Shown here one piece after another: positions 13,300 through 27,066 of a stretch of 64,000 nt of DNA. The stretch spans positions 115,632,001 to 115,696,000 of the forward strand of contig NC_086097.1 of the NCBI RefSeq assembly GCF_963921235.1, in the 5' to 3' direction. Under the pieces are notes generated by a model. It was not told the DNA's origin, ran no database searches, and saw only the letters and a list, made by a program, of their open reading frames with translations. Every line of letters starts with the position of its first letter. Within the stretch, counting starts at the first letter, position 1. This DNA is from Mobula hypostoma (taxonomy: Eukaryota). Both the position numbers and the translations under genes were made by a program.

Positions 13300-13665
13300 G
13301 GCTACACAGCATCCATACCAGGACCACCAGTCTCAAAATCAATTTCTTCCCCTAAGCTATCAGGCATATTAACACCTCTTCCTAATAATAACCGTGAACC
13401 TCCCTGATCCCTCACCACCACCACCGATCATTTCCTGTCAGTCACCTTACGTACAGATTCTCCTGTACCTTGTGTCACTTTACGTACATACTATCAGTCT
13501 ATATTTATAAGTTCATCTTATGGATTTATATTTATTGTGTTTTCTCTTGTGTTCTTTATCCTTATTGTGTTTCATTCATGTTGCATCGGATCCAGAGTAA
13601 CAATAATTTTGTTCTCCTTTACACCTGTGTACTGACGAGTGACGATAAACAATCTTGAATTTTGA
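13300..13665 (+). mobile_element. Rex1-like LINE 3' end fragment
   Basis: Encodes the typical C-terminal RTTSLK..FFP.AIR segment followed by a T-rich 3' UTR and a (CTTGAA)-like tail. Confidence 0.55.
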
Positions 13666-13784
13666 ACCTTGAAATAGTTTATTGCCTGACTAGAGTTGAG
13701 AAACAAGGCATTATTCAATCTAATTTTTGGGTTTTGCGTCATTAGTGCACCTATAATCTTTTTCTAAGAAATATGATGTACCTT

Positions 13785-14660
13785 TTGGTGTTGCTCAGGG
13801 AAGCTTTCTTGGTCCCCCACTCTTCTCCTTATACATACTTCCCTTATATATTAGAGAGCATAAGCTTGATTTCCACAGTCATGCAGATGACACACGATTG
13901 TATACCTTGGTTGAGACTGATGATGATAAGACCCGATCTTCTCTGACATCTGGCATGGCTGCAGTAAGTAAATGTATGAGCAGTAATTTCCAAAAACTAT
14001 ATGAAGATAAAGTGAAATATTTTTAGTTGGTCCCAAAGGCAAAAGAGAGAAGCATCTTGATAAACTGGGGAACTTCGCTTCCCATGTAAAATCAGAAGTA
14101 ACTAGCCCGTGTTTTATCCTTGATACAGATTTGAAATTTAAATCCAACATAAAATCCAACTCAACAAATGTTGCAAAGGTACATCTGATGCTGAAAAACT
14201 AACTTATGCCTTTGTATCAAATAGACTAAATTACTGCAATGCACTTTTTACTGGCTTTTTATAGCAATCTATTGACAATCTTCATTCAGTATGCCACTGC
14301 TAGACTTTGAACTAAAACCAGGATGAGAGAACATGTCATGCTCATCGTAACTACTCTGCATTAGCTTCCTGTATGTTTTTAAAGTTTACTTACTTGTTTT
14401 TAGAGCTCTCAATGATCCGGGGCCAGACTACATCATAGAATTGTTTTTTTGTTTTAAACGCCTGCTTGAACACTCAGTTTTCTTTATCAGTGTCTTAAAT
14501 TTAGACAATCTCCATCAAAAGAAAATTGGCAGGTCAGCTTTTTTTAAACTATGCTTCTAAACTGTGGAACTCAATGCATAAAGCTATAAGGGATGCAGAC
14601 TCAGATGACATTTTGAAATGCCAGCTCAAGACCTAGTTATTTAACCTTGATTTTAACTAA
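13785..14660 (+). mobile_element. Decayed L2-clade LINE (RT and 3' region)
   Basis: Remnants G(V)[46 protein letters not shown]. Confidence 0.7.
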
Positions 14661-16149
14661 CATCATTTTGTCTTTTATTTTTATTTTTTCACTTTATCTG
14701 GTTATAAGACATTTTGAACTACATTGTCTGTGTGAAAAGTGCTCTATACATAAGTTATTGTTATTAATGAATGAACAATGCTGATGTGGCTGCCTTTGTA
14801 AATAATGATCTAGAAACTGGCACATTTGCATTAATCTCTCATGCACAAATCTGGCAGGTTTCAACACAATGGCAACCATTCCCTGCTGAAATTCTCCCTT
14901 TAAGAAACTCAGATGGATAATTTAACATGGCTGTTGATTTTTGCATAATAGTTCAAACAGGTAATAATATCATCAATGTGTTTAAATGCTCATCACTCCC
15001 TCACTGGCAAAAATTGAAGCAATTCTGTGGAGACTATATCCTTCGATTTTTAACTCACAATAAAACAAGGAGAAAACCCTGCAGCAAGTTGGCAAGGATT
15101 TGTAAATTCATAGCTCCCCTCTGTATAGGTGTCTGGATTTTTAGCATATTACTGCTGGGTCTCAGAGTAATTAGTTTTGCAGCAAATATCAGCACTATGC
15201 AGAGTCATATGTCTCTGCTTTACACTGACTTAGCACTCTCTGCAGCACAAGACTCAAACTGTGACATGTCCCCTAGGGTGTTGGGGGTTTGTCATGGTGG
15301 CTGGCATTCACATCTGTGGAAGCCACTGTTAATAGAGTGCTTTAGTGATAAGACCTATTTCCTACAAATCTGTGTATCCAAGATACAGAGTAGTCAGATG
15401 ATATTAGGAATGAAACAGTATTATTAAATTGAGGCATATTTACAATGGGTAGTATTTGAATTAACAATGGTGACAAACCAGAACATCTTCTCTAATGAGG
15501 TACTTTCACTCGAGTTGAGAGATTACAATAACATAAGGTAATGGATGACACTAGAACCTCTGACACCATTTTCTTCTGAGCAATGATATTAACCCCACAT
15601 GTTCATAGCCATTATGATAACCCAGTCACGTATGGGTTCTGATGACTAACAAGGCTATCCCTTCCTGGTTGCAGCCTCCGACCTACAAATACCTTCAGTA
15701 CCCTGGTGGTTTAAAGACTATTCTTCTAAGACCAAACTCAGCAGGCTATTATCAGGCGAATGAGGTTTCCTTTGTTCTCTATTTAAGATTCACACACATA
15801 GTCTCCCACTACCACCAGCAGCATCTCCAATAACTACAAGCTGAAAATCTTGATTGAGCCATTTCTAAACTCTCTGGTCCTAAACATGCAACAACTTTGT
15901 TCAAACTATATTATCTATTTACCCAATGTCAGCATCATTGTTGTCCCAGTACATTTTCAGTAGATAACAGATTTACAATTAAACTGTACTGCATTTGAGA
16001 AAACACATCAGGTGACTCTTTATGTCTGCATGCATACAACACATTTCAGCAACCTGGCAGTCCTTTAATAGTGGCACGTTCATTGTGCCGCCATGAATTA
16101 TCCACTCCACTATCATCAATGAATTAACAATATAGTCATAGAACACTAG

Positions 16150-16540
16150 CTGTCACCATTATGCGCCATGTCATATGACATGGGTGATCATAATTGTTCT
16201 TGGCAAATTTTTCTACAGAAGTTGTTTGCCACTGCCTTCTTCTGGGCAGTGCCCTTGTAAGATGGGTGACCCCAGCCACTATCAATACTGTTCAGAGACT
16301 GCCTGCCTGGCATCAGTGGTTGCATAAACAGGACTTGTGATATGCACCAGCTGCTCATACAACCACCTGCCACCTGCTCTCATGGCTTCACATGACCCTG
16401 ATGGGCGGGGGTGGGGATGGTGGTGGTGTGGGTAAACCGGTGCTACACCTTGCCCAAGGGTGACCTGCCGGCTAGTGGATGGAAGAAGCATCTTACATCT
16501 TTTGGTACTTTGGTAGAAACATATTTCGACCTCACCACCT
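16150..16540 (-). mobile_element. SINE, probably with an RTE-related 3' tail
   Basis: tttgccactgccttcttctggg and ttgcccaagggtgacc segments resemble RTE-partnered SINEs; no ORF. Confidence 0.5.
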
Positions 16541-17754
16541 CATAGGACACTACAATACAGAAATGGAGACTACCTAGTCCATGCCAAACCATTATACTGC
16601 TTAGTCCCATTGATACCTTTCCTTCAGCTTACAGCATATTAATTAGAACCATAAAGTTCCACCCTGCCCACTGGGATATCAAAGCTGCTCATTTTTTATA
16701 TGTTTGGAGTTTTACCGAACGACATGGACCACTTTGATTTTTGTTTCATTTAATTTGTTCTTGTTGAACATTTAATATAGGTATTACAATTCTAATTTTT
16801 GAAGGAAAGTTTTCCAAAATTCACAATATTTAGGAGTGTTCCGATTAAGCATTAGACCTAAATGCAGTGGTCATTGAACACCCTAATTAACATGAATTCT
16901 AATTCCTTGGCAATTTCATCAAGTAAGCCTGTTTTCTACTGACTGCATTATACCTGCAGAAGGCAAAATGTGTACACCTCTGGCAAAATATGTGATCGAG
17001 CTATGGATGAGTTTGATAGGGGAGTTAGTGGTCAGGTTCGGGTTTAGGGATAGAGACATGGAGAAGTTAGAGGTAAGACCAAAGCCTAGGCCTCTGATCT
17101 GCTGTCAAAGGTCAGTGAGGATGAGAGCTGAGCTTGCACCTCCACCCCAGGTCACCCAGGTCACCGAGTCATCAGTGGGTTCCGGGATCGGAGTTCCCTG
17201 CAAGCAGGAGGTGCAAGAGCCGGTGACCACTCGGGTATGCGAATCGGTGAGACTGGAGTTTGAGGCCTAAAGTGTTCAGTGTCCCATTGTTGGTAAGTTT
17301 GGAGTTCAAGGTGCAGAGTCCTCACACGTTGTCATCAGTGAGTTCTGGGGTGAACACCAAAGAATGAAGCCCGAAAGTCGATCAGGAATTCAGAAATCGA
17401 GGTCCGATGGCCGGAGCCCTCAGTCTGCACCCTTTGTCTGAAATCTATGAGAGCACTGGAGGCCGAAGAAAGCCTGTCTTGGGGTTGGAGGACTGTATGT
17501 GAATAGGTGAGCAGGAGGGAGGAACAGATTTGGTTGTGCTGTTTTATTTTGTTATTTGTTGTGTTCAGCTTTGTTGTGTTCTGTGTTGTTCTGCTGAACA
17601 TTGTGGATGTACCAGGCTGGCACTGTAATGTGTGGTGACACCAGGGGGCTGTCTGCCACACACCCTTGAACCTGCTGGTTGCTAACACAAATAAACATTT
17701 TACCGTATGTTTCGATGTCCATGTGAAAAACAAATGAATCTGAATCCGATTAAT

Positions 17755-18026
17755 AGGCATCCGTTAGTCTCATGAGACCATGGATTTGTGCCTTGGAAGG
17801 TTTCCAGGGCGCAGGTCTGTGCAAGCTTGTATGGAAGACCGGCCATTGCCCATGCTGCAAGTCTCCCCTCTAAATACCACTGATGTTATCGAAGGGAAGG
17901 GCAGGACCCATACAGTTTGGCACCAGTGTCATCGTAGAGCAATGTGTAGTTAAGTGCCTTGCTCAAGGACACAACACCTTCAGATCACTAGACAAACGCC
18001 TTAACCACTTGGCCACGCGCCAACAC
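17755..18026 (-). mobile_element. tRNA-derived SINE (same family as 25535-25835, B-box region deleted)
   Basis: Reverse complement begins GTGGCCAAGTGGTTAAGGCG (A box) and aligns along its length with the 25535 copy. Confidence 0.8.
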
Positions 18027-19254
18027 AGTGATTTAATGGTATAAAGAGAAATGTTTCTGCATGACCGTTTCATAGAATGGACAGAAAAGTATGTTGAGCA
18101 TCAGCAACAGGACCTCTAATGTAAATGCAGGAAATCATCGCCCAACCCCACCAGTCATTGACTTGAAGTGTACCTTTAGTTCTTAATGTTTGTGTCCCTG
18201 TATTTCCAGTGGCCAGAGCTTAAAAATGTAAATCCTTTGTTTGGTGGGAGAATCACGTATTTTAAGCCGAGAGTACCACACGGACCTGGAAGCTAGAAGC
18301 AGAAGTGCAGAAGGCCAGATTTTCAAAGTTTAAAGTTTTGACAGGAAAGTAATGTGAAAAGGAAGAAGACAGGAAAAATAATTGAGAAGAAGCTGATATG
18401 GCATATTTTGCGACATTAGGATGTCAACAAATTACCACAACCAATGAATGATTTGTGTATTCTTGTCATTGTCAAGAAAGGAAGCAGATTGTCTAGCTTG
18501 TGCACAACATACCACAAATATTAATGAAGCCATTAGCTAGACGATCTATTCAGTGCTATTGATGATAGATAAATATCAGCCTGCCGCAAGGTAATCTCAA
18601 GGCATAAATCATCTCATGGCTGCATTACAACATTAATTGAATAGTGAGGGAGGGTTGCCAGTAAATAGAACAGAATCGGCTTTAATGGTTATTTTGCACA
18701 TCCACTTGTAAACTTTGCAAAGCAGCTTAACTAATCATATCTGCCTTCATCTGATTATCTCTTAATCTGCCTTTGGAAGGATAAAAAAGTCACATGACGA
18801 CATAAATAAAAGACATGATTATCAATCCCCGTGACAAGGGTGCCCTAGTATTGCAGCTTATATCATAATCGGATATTCAGCAGTGTAGGTACGCTCATGG
18901 AAATTAAGAGTTTCAGGTCAGCATTAGAAGTATCCAAGAAGAGTTTCTAACTCAAGATCTAAACTTCATAATGTCACTGTAGAGAAGCTTCATCTGCTGA
19001 AGTTAAAGCAATGCTCAACACATGGAGGAGTGTGGTTTGTTATTAAGTTAAATACAAGCTGCAACCTGCTGATTGAATCATGGCAGGAAAACAAGGGGCA
19101 TTCAGGGAAGCAGCCTTGCCAGTAATTTAGAGTATTGTGCATTCTTTTCCTATTTCAGTGATTTAAGAATAGGCATACCATACCAGAGTAATGACGAAAG
19201 AGAACAGCTATGTCCTACCTTTCATATTGTACAACATCAGATACATTAGAGTAG

Positions 19255-19335
19255 GGGCTCCCAATCTTTTTTATATCAGGGAGCCTTACCATTAGCTGAG
19301 GGGATCTGTGGACCCCACGTTGGGAATCTCTGCAA
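19255..19335. mobile_element. Small hAT-like MITE (second copy ~23342-23420)
   Basis: ~80 bp with degenerate inverted ends (t/c)aggggctcccaa ... ttgggaatctctg; related copy at 23342. Confidence 0.45.
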
Positions 19336-19744
19336 TAGAAGCATTTAGGAATTTCTTAGAAAGGCAAATGAATGATTGAAACAGGGAGGGCTGTTTTGGA
19401 CAGAAGGGTTAGATTGATCTTAGAATAGGTTAAAAGGTGAGCACAACATCATGGGCTGAAGGGCCTGTACTGTGCTGTAACATCTATCATGCCTATCTTC
19501 TATGTAACATTTCTCATGTCTCTCATGTAGACTACAAAAAATCCTATTTTAGTGGAGTTCTTATCGATGATATTTTCCAGGTTTATTCTTTTATCAGCAT
19601 TACTAAAAATGGTTTATTTGGTATTTGGCTCCGTGTTATTCTGGAGCTGCTGCTTATGGCACAACAATTCAACAATGCTAAGTCTAGTGTTTTAAAATTA
19701 TTTAAGTTTGTAAGAGATGATATATAACTTGCTCTTTCTATTAG

Positions 19745-20595
19745 ATGGGCGTGCTTGTGCATGAATCACAAAAGGTTGGATTGTAGGTGCAACAGGCTAT
19801 CAAGAAATCAGAAGGAATGCTGGCTTTCATTGCTAGAAGGTCGAATTTAAGAGTAGGGAGGTTATGCTACAACTGTACAGGGCATGGGTGAGTCTGCACC
19901 TGGACAAACAACAGGAATTCTGCAGATGCTGGAAATTCAAGCAACATACATCAAAGTTGCTGGTGAACGCAGCAGGCCAAGCAGCATCTATAGGAAGAGG
20001 TGCAGTCGACGTTTCAGGCCGAGACCTTTCGTCAGGACTAACCTGGAGTATTGCATGTACTCATGTCTCCTTACTTGAGGAAAGATATTCTGGCTTTGGA
20101 GATAGTTCAGAGGAGAATCACCAGCTCAATTCCAGAGATTAGGAGAAACTGAGTCACCTGGGACTAAATTCACTGGAATTCAGTAGATTTAGAGGTAATT
20201 ATAGAGAAACATATAAAATTATGAAAGGGATGGAAAGAGTAAAGGCAGGAAAGTTGTTTCCACTGGTAACTGAGTCTCAAACTAGGGGAAATAGACTCAA
20301 CATTCAGGGGAATAGATTTAGGATAGAGGTGAGGAGAAAACACTTTTCCTTGCCCAGGGAAGCAATAGGTTAACTCACTAAAAATATTTAAGACACAGTT
20401 AGATATATTTTTGCATAGGAGAGGAATTATGCACAATGGGGGAAGGTAGGTAGGTGGAGCTGAGTCCATAGCCAGGTCAGTAAGATGAGCTAAGCCCATG
20501 GCCATTTCAGTCAAGGTCTTTTTGAATATTGGAGAAGGCTCAAAAGGGCCAGATAGCCTACTCCTGCTCATTTCTTATATTCTTTTGTTCTTATG
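19745..20595 (+). mobile_element. Decayed CR1 3' portion interrupted by a PLE insertion
   Basis: VMLQLYRAWVSLHL|EYC motif split at 19904/20041; CR1-type 3' tail. Confidence 0.8.
19905..20040 (-). mobile_element. 136-bp Penelope pLTR insertion carrying a hammerhead motif (20003-20040)
   Basis: TSD acctgga at 19898-19904 and 20041-20047; minus strand reads tagtc-CTGACGA-aaggtctcggcct-GAAA-cgtc-gactg. Confidence 0.85.
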
Positions 20596-20669
20596 AACAA
20601 AGTAGAGACTTGTGAGAGATTAGAGAAGCTTAGCCAGCCAATTAAACATGAAGAAGAGAAAGCTGTTCA

Positions 20670-20790
20670 TTTTGGCTTCTTTCCCCTTCCTCCTCAGTCC
20701 TGAAGAAGGGTCTCAGCCAGAAACATCAACTGTTTATTCATTTCGATAGATGCTGCCTGACTTGTTGAGTTCCTCCAGCATTTTGTGCGT
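20670..20790 (+). mobile_element. Degenerate Penelope pLTR fragment with hammerhead-like core
   Basis: cagtc-CTGAAGA-agggtctcagcca-GAAA-catcaactg...gatgctgcctgac. Confidence 0.7.
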
Positions 20791-21869
20791 TTGTGTGCTT
20801 TACATAGAGAGAAATCCATTGGTTGAATTAGTCAATCAATGGCTATGTTCTTGGTCAGACTGTCATCTCTAGAATGAAGGTTCTGATCACATGAACCAGC
20901 TCGGATCATGACTGGCACTCCCAAAGGAAACCCTCTACCAGATGCTTTATCACAACATGAAGACAGAAAAAGTGGTTCAAGGATGTATTCAAAGTCTTAG
21001 CAATAAAAAAGGAATGCCCTCTTTGAGTCATAGTCCATGATTGCTCAAAATGGAAAAAGGCACCTGGGAAGCCATTGCCCACCTGTTTTTATGATAGAAA
21101 CATAAAGGTCATGTAAAAATAGTGGAAGGTATATTCAACATTCCCAACAACTTGCCACCTCTCTTTAGCAAACATTTAATCCACGTTTGACAGTGCTTGC
21201 AATCCAGGTTGGATCCATCAATCATCTCAGAGATCATGGAACTGGAGTGGAAGCAAGTCATCTTTGAATCAAAAGACAATTTACAAAAATAACAGGGAGA
21301 AATACTTGAAGACATGAGAATAGTGTCAGTGTCAATAATGTTGGAATAAAAAAGACGAAGCTACAATTAACTAAAGACATGAGGAAAGAGAACACCACAC
21401 CAGTATATGGAAGGGGTGGAAGGGTGTCAATCATGCAATAGCAGTTTGCTGAATGGCTTTTAAGTCATTTAAAAAATACGGCTTGGCGGCAGGGAGTACC
21501 ATTGTTCGGCATTGTGTGCTCAGAGAGATAATATCCTGTGATTTCTCACTAAAGGTTCAGCAAATCTTAAAACTTTTGTCAAAATCTTCTCCTCTGTCTG
21601 AGATGGAATAGTAATTTAAGTTAAGCTAGATTTCTGGTTTGCTTCACATAGTGTCTCTATATGTACATTTGAATGTTTTGTGCTTTGTTAAGTTTGTGGA
21701 ATTTCAGCTTTCATGGTTATGACTTATAATAGTTCCTGTGTTTCCATACCATTGAATAAACTGTGATTACCATACACAGATGCAACAACGAATACATGAA
21801 AACTCTCTACATTGAACTCTTCATGCAAGTTAGTGACGACTAAATGCGAACAATGGTTTGTTGTATCTA

Positions 21870-22695
21870 TCTCGGTAGGTACAGTTAATGTCAGAGAAAC
21901 GTACACACTATACATCCTGAAATTCTTTTTCTTCACAAGCATCCATGAAAACAGAGGAGTGCCCCAAAGAATGAATGATAGTTAAATGCTAGAACACCAA
22001 AGACCCCACTCAGCTCCCCCCTCCCACGCATAAGCAGCAGAAAGGCAACAAACCCCCCCACCAGCAAAAAGCATCAGCACCCACCACCGAGCAATCATGT
22101 GTGCAGCAAAGCATCAATAAAGACACATACTTGCAGTACCCCAAAGACTACTCACTCACCCGTTATTTGACATACTACAGGCTCTCTCTCTCTCTCTCTC
22201 TCCCTAATTCGGGAAAAAGAGGTGTCCCTGTTTTGCGAGAGAGGAGACGTAACAAAACAACTCACTGATTTATGGTGTTAAAAGTCTGTTATGTCGCTTT
22301 TTTCGAGCTCTGTGCCCAAAGAACTTGGGTCTCTGGGCACACAGCCTGCAGCCAGCTCGCTGTTTATGATTTTCCATCTCCCACAACGCATCAGACGGCC
22401 ACGCCGGCCTCGGGTCTGCCCGCCTCCAGAGCCATGAAAATCCATCCAGCACCCGGAAAGGCGTGCTAGTCTTCCAGGCCACATCCTTGGCATATCGAAA
22501 AGTGGCCAGTCCTGAGGCCCTGAGAGCGGGACTCATTTCCACAAAGAACTGAAGACAGCATGTAACTCCAGGTCAGGGTCTTCAAAAGAACCTTGAAAAG
22601 GGGGAAAAAAAGCGATATCAAAGATAGAAATAGAGCTGCTTCTGAAGATGCAGGCAAAGAAGTCGCTGTTAGGTGCCACCGTCTCCTAAACTCTC
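21870..22695 (-). mobile_element. Unclassified non-coding interspersed repeat, probably a non-autonomous retroposon
   Basis: Relatively GC/CpG-rich block with an internal (CT)n tract against an AT-rich background; no credible ORF; class not determined. Confidence 0.35.
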
Positions 22696-22794
22696 ACAGT
22701 TAATGTTACTGCATGAGCCTTTCAACAGAAAATTCATCTGATGCTAGAACAAAATATAAACCAACATGAATCATTGTAATAGAATCTCAAATAT

Positions 22795-23320
22795 GAAAAA
22801 ATCTGCAGATGCAAAGCAACACACACAGAATGCTGGAGGAACTCAGGTCAGTCAGTATCTATGGAAAAGAGTAACCAGTGGACGTTTTGAACTAGGACCA
22901 TTCATCAGGACTGGAAAATGAGACGAGGAGTCAGAGTAAGAAAGTGGGGGGAGGGGAGAAAGTAGCTCAAGGTGGTAGGTGATAGGTGAAACCCGAAGGA
23001 GGGAGGGGTGAAGAAAAAGAGCTGGGAAGTCCATTGGTGAAAGAGATAAAGAGCTGGAGAAGGGGGAATCTAATAGGAGAGGTTAGAAAACCATGGAAGA
23101 AGTGGATGGGGGATGAGCACCAGAGGGAGGTGATGTGCAGGTAAAGGAGATAAGGTGAGAAAGGGAAATGGGTTGGGGAATGGTGGGGGGCGGGGGTTGT
23201 GAATTACCGGAAGTTCGAGAAATCGGTGTTCATGCTGTCAGGTTGGAATATAACGCGTTGCTCCTCCAACCTGAGTGTGGCCTCATTGTGGCAGTAAAGG
23301 AGGCCATGGACTGACATGAA
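22795..23320 (-). mobile_element. Older Penelope fragment (GIY-YIG C-terminus + pLTR)
   Basis: Colinear with 38150-38657 (ctgcagatgc..., purine-rich UTR, ttgctcctccaacctgagtgtggcctcat). Confidence 0.8.
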
Positions 23321-23554
23321 CCATTGTAATACATTCTACACCAGGGCCTCCCAACTTTTTAATGCCGTGGACCAATACCATAAAACAAGGGTCCACAGAC
23401 CCCTGATTGGAACCTCCTTTCTATACTATTTAGGGCCATATATAGCTTAGTTATTGTGACATCACAATGTTCATGGAATTTCTTATTGCTTATTTACTAG
23501 AAAAAGCAGAGAATTTTTTTCAAAAGGTCAGACAAATCCTGTAGAAAGAGAAAC

Positions 23555-23690
23555 CAGGTGCCACAGTAATGTAATGGTTAGTGTGGCACTATTACAGCTT
23601 GGGGCATTCCAAATTTCGGAGGTCAAATCGGATACTATCTGTACGCTTTCTCTGTGAATGCATGGGTTTCCTCCGGGTGCTCTGATTTAA
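23555..23690 (+). mobile_element. HE1/V-type SINE 5' fragment
   Basis: tRNA-like head (...atggttagtgtggcactattacagc) and V-domain-like tgcatgggtttcctccgggtgctc. Confidence 0.65.
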
Positions 23691-23739
23691 TATCTTAGGT
23701 CAAAACCAATTAATTGAAGTTCTTCCAGCATTTGTCTTG

Positions 23740-24150
23740 ACTTGAGGGTCTGAGTCATAGGAAAAGGCTGAAGAGGTTAGAGATTGAATAGATTATGAGG
23801 GGTATAGATAAGATGGATGCAAACAGGCCTTTTCCACGGAGGTTGGGTGAGACTAGAACTAGAAATTGTAGGTTAAGGGCAAAAGGTGAACTATTTTAAG
23901 GGTAACATGAGGGGGGAACTTCATTTAGAGGGGGTGGGAGTGTGGAATGAGTTGCCAGTGGAAGTGGTGGATGTGGGTTCAATTGCAGCATTTAAGAGTA
24001 ATTTGTATATGTATATGGATGGGGGCAGTATGGAGGGTGATGAGCCAGGTGCAGGTTGATGGTACTTGGCAGAATAATAATTTGGCATGGACTAGATGGG
24101 TCAAATGGCCTGTTTCAGTGTTATAGTGCACTCTGACTCTCTGACTCAAT
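23740..24150 (+). mobile_element. CR1 3' end fragment
   Basis: Similar to the reverse complement of 29940-30360; (ACTCTCTG) tail repeats. Confidence 0.75.
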
Positions 24151-24820
24151 TTCTTGCCTTTATTTCATACTTCCACCATACATAATTTTTTAATTTAATT
24201 TTTTAATATGTTTATAAATTTTCACTTCAGTTTATAGCTTTCCTGCAATTTCACTATAAAGAAAATGTTCATATTATGCTCAAAACATCAGGCTTAATAT
24301 ATGTCCTTGGTAAAGCAGATTGTCAACACTGGCATAGCTAGTCCCATGCGCAGCATTGTTTTAATACCACCTGGGTGGAGAACAGAATGAAAGAAGAACC
24401 TCCTACTGGTAACAGAGCCAGCTGACATCCCCAGTTCACCTCTTTGTTAGACTAACTTCCTCCAAGTGTTATAATAATTACGTTTTAGTTTGGGATTGGA
24501 CAAAAGTGTAGTTAGATAAGTGACATGAAAAACAAAGGTTGTGAGAATAATAATTAAAGAAAATAAAATCATCGTAAGTGAAATATGAGCAATGTTCTCT
24601 GACCAACAAATGAAGGTGAAGGTTGCAGCCTTTCGTTGATTAGTTGTTGATTCCGTGAGTTATGACTGATGAGAAATAAGACATAAAAATTGGAAGCTGC
24701 ACAAATGTTTATTATGAGAGCCCAAAGATGCTGATGGACTGCGAGAAGAAAATGAAAGAACAGAGGAACTTAAGCCAAAGTCAAACAGGAGAGAATCTGC
24801 GGATGCTGCAAATCCGAGCA

Positions 24821-25345
24821 GATCCCCCCAGTTTCTTGGGCTGCGTTAAGTCTAGGGAATACACACTCTGGTCCCACTAAATCCATGAGATTGAGACGGC
24901 TCTCCCACCCCAAACCCCGGTTTGTGTGGACGCTGTGTAATTTGCTCCTTTGTTACAACTCAGTGCCAAGAATCAATAGACAGCACACTGCATACAATTA
25001 AAGGAATTATATTTATGAATCTTAACTAAAGGGTCAGTAAAGAAAAGAAAAACAAGGGCCCATTATAATTAAACAGTCAAATGTGCACAAGTTGGAGCTC
25101 ACCGCTTCCAAAAGTAATATTCACAGATCCTCAGTCAACTGCGGCACCTTGCTCCATCAAATCACGGTCTCCCAACAGGTCAAATCCTACGACTGGTTCT
25201 CTCCAGCATCTTCTCTCTTCATTTCCTGCTGAACAAAGGACCCAGCTCACATTCCACAGCATTCATTATCTCTAACCATAACCCAAACACTGTTTGTACA
25301 GAAAGACCATTACATTAGCAGTGAAACCTTTCCCAGGGCATTACA
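24821..25345 (-). mobile_element. Probable solo LTR
   Basis: Inserted in the PLE with duplication cgagca (24815-24820 and 25346-25351); one end reads TGTAA on the minus strand, the other end lacks the canonical CA. Confidence 0.55.
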
Positions 25346-25534
25346 CGAGCAACACACACAAAATACTGGAGGAACTCAGCAGGCCAGATAGCATCTATGG
25401 AGAAGAGTACAGTCGATGTTTCGGGCCAAAACAACCTTGGCAGGACTGGAGAGAAAAAGCTGAGGAGTAGATTTAAAAGATGAGGAAGGGGAAAGAGAGA
25501 AACACTAGGTAAAGGAGAAACCTAAAGGGAGAGG

Positions 25535-25835
25535 ACACGTGGCCAAGTGGTTAAGGCACTTGACTAGTGGCCCGAAGGTCGCGAGTTCGAGACCCAGCCG
25601 AGGTAGCGTGTTGTGTCCTTGAGCAAGGCACTTAACCATACAGTGCTCTGAGACGACACTGGTGCCAAGCTGTATCGGCCCTTGCCCTTCCCTTGGACAA
25701 CATTGGTGTCGTGGAGAGGGGAGACTTGCAGCATGGGCAACTGCCGGTCTTCCATACAACCTTGCCCAGACCTGTGCCCTGGAGAGTGAAGACTTTCCAG
25801 GCGCAGATCCATGGTCTAATGGATGCCTTTATATT
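25535..25835 (+). mobile_element. tRNA-derived SINE, near full length
   Basis: A box TGGCCAAGTGG and B box AGTTCGAGACC; 12-bp TSD taaagggagagg at 25523-25534 and 25836-25847. Confidence 0.85.
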
Positions 25836-26131
25836 TAAAGGGAGAGGGATGAAGTAAAGAACTGGGAAGGTGATTGGTGAAAGAGACACAAGGCCATGGA
25901 AGAAAGAAAAGGGGTGAGGAGGACCAGAGTCAGGTGATGGGCAGGCAAAATGATAAGGTGAGAGAGGAAAAAGGGGATGGGAAATGGTGAAGTGGGGTGG
26001 TGAGGAGCATTACTGGAGTTTGAGAAATCAATGTTCATGCCATCAGGTTGGAGGCTACAAAAGTGGAATATAAGGTGTTGTTCCTCCAGCCTAAGTGTGG
26101 CTCCATAATGACAGTGGAGGAGGCCATGGAT

Positions 26132-27066
26132 CATAGAAACATAGAAACATAGAAAATAGGTGCAGGAGTAGGCCACTCGGCCCTTTGAGCCTGCACCGCC
26201 ATTTATTATGATCATGGCTGATCATCCAACTCAGAACCCCGCCCCAGCCTTCCCTCCATACCCCCTGACCCCCGTAGCCACAAGGGCCATATCTAACTCC
26301 CTCTTAAATATAGCCAATGAACTGGCCTCAACTGTTTCCTGTGGCAGAGAATTCCACAGATTCACCACTCTCTGTGTGAAGAAGTTTTTCCTAATCTCGG
26401 TCCTAAAAGGCTTCCCCTCTATCCTCAAACTGTGGCCCCTCATTCTGGACTTCCCCACCATCGGGAACAATCTTCCTGCATCTAGCCTGTCCAATCCCTT
26501 TAGGATCTTATATGTTTCAATCAGATCCCCCCTCAATCTTCTAAATTCCAACGAGTACAAGCCCAGTTCATCCAGTCTTTCTTCATATGAAAGTCCTGCC
26601 ATCCCAGGAATCAATCTGGTGAACCTTCTTTGTATTCTCTCTAAGGCAAGGATGTCTTTCCTCAGATTAGGGGACCAAAACTGCACACAATACTCCAGGT
26701 GTGGTCTCACCAAGGCCTTGTACAACTGCAGTAGTACCTCCCTGCTCCTGTACTCGAATCCTCTCGCTATAAATGCCAGCATACCATTCGCCTTTTTCAC
26801 CGCCTGCTGTACCTGCATGCCCACTTTCAATGACTGGTGTATAATGACACCCAGGTCTCGTTGCACCTCCCCTTTTCCTAATCGGCCACCATTCAGATAA
26901 TAATCTGTTTTCCTATTTTTGCCACCAAAGTGGATAACCTCACATTTATCCACATTAAATTGCATCTGCCATGAATTTTCCCACTCACCCAAACTATCCA
27001 AGTCACCCTGCATCCTCTTAGCATCCTCCTCACAGCTAACACTGCCACCCAGCTTCGTGTCATCCA
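26132..27066 (-). mobile_element. Young 5'-truncated CR1 (open RT C-terminal frame)
   Basis: Uninterrupted DDTKLGG...RPHLEYCVQFWSP...WNSLP; (CATAGAAA)n tail; TSD catggat at 26125-26131 and 27067-27073. Confidence 0.95.

Noticed and set aside
14927..15427. 166-aa ORF
   Set aside because: No recognisable domain or splice structure; composition looks like translated non-coding DNA.
25535..25610. tRNA-like sequence with A and B boxes
   Set aside because: It is the head of a TSD-flanked SINE with a second copy at 17755-18026; not a tRNA gene.
26208..26900. 230-aa plus-strand ORF (likewise 7698..8240, 8709..9278, 9639..10130)
   Set aside because: Antisense shadows of retroelement coding frames.
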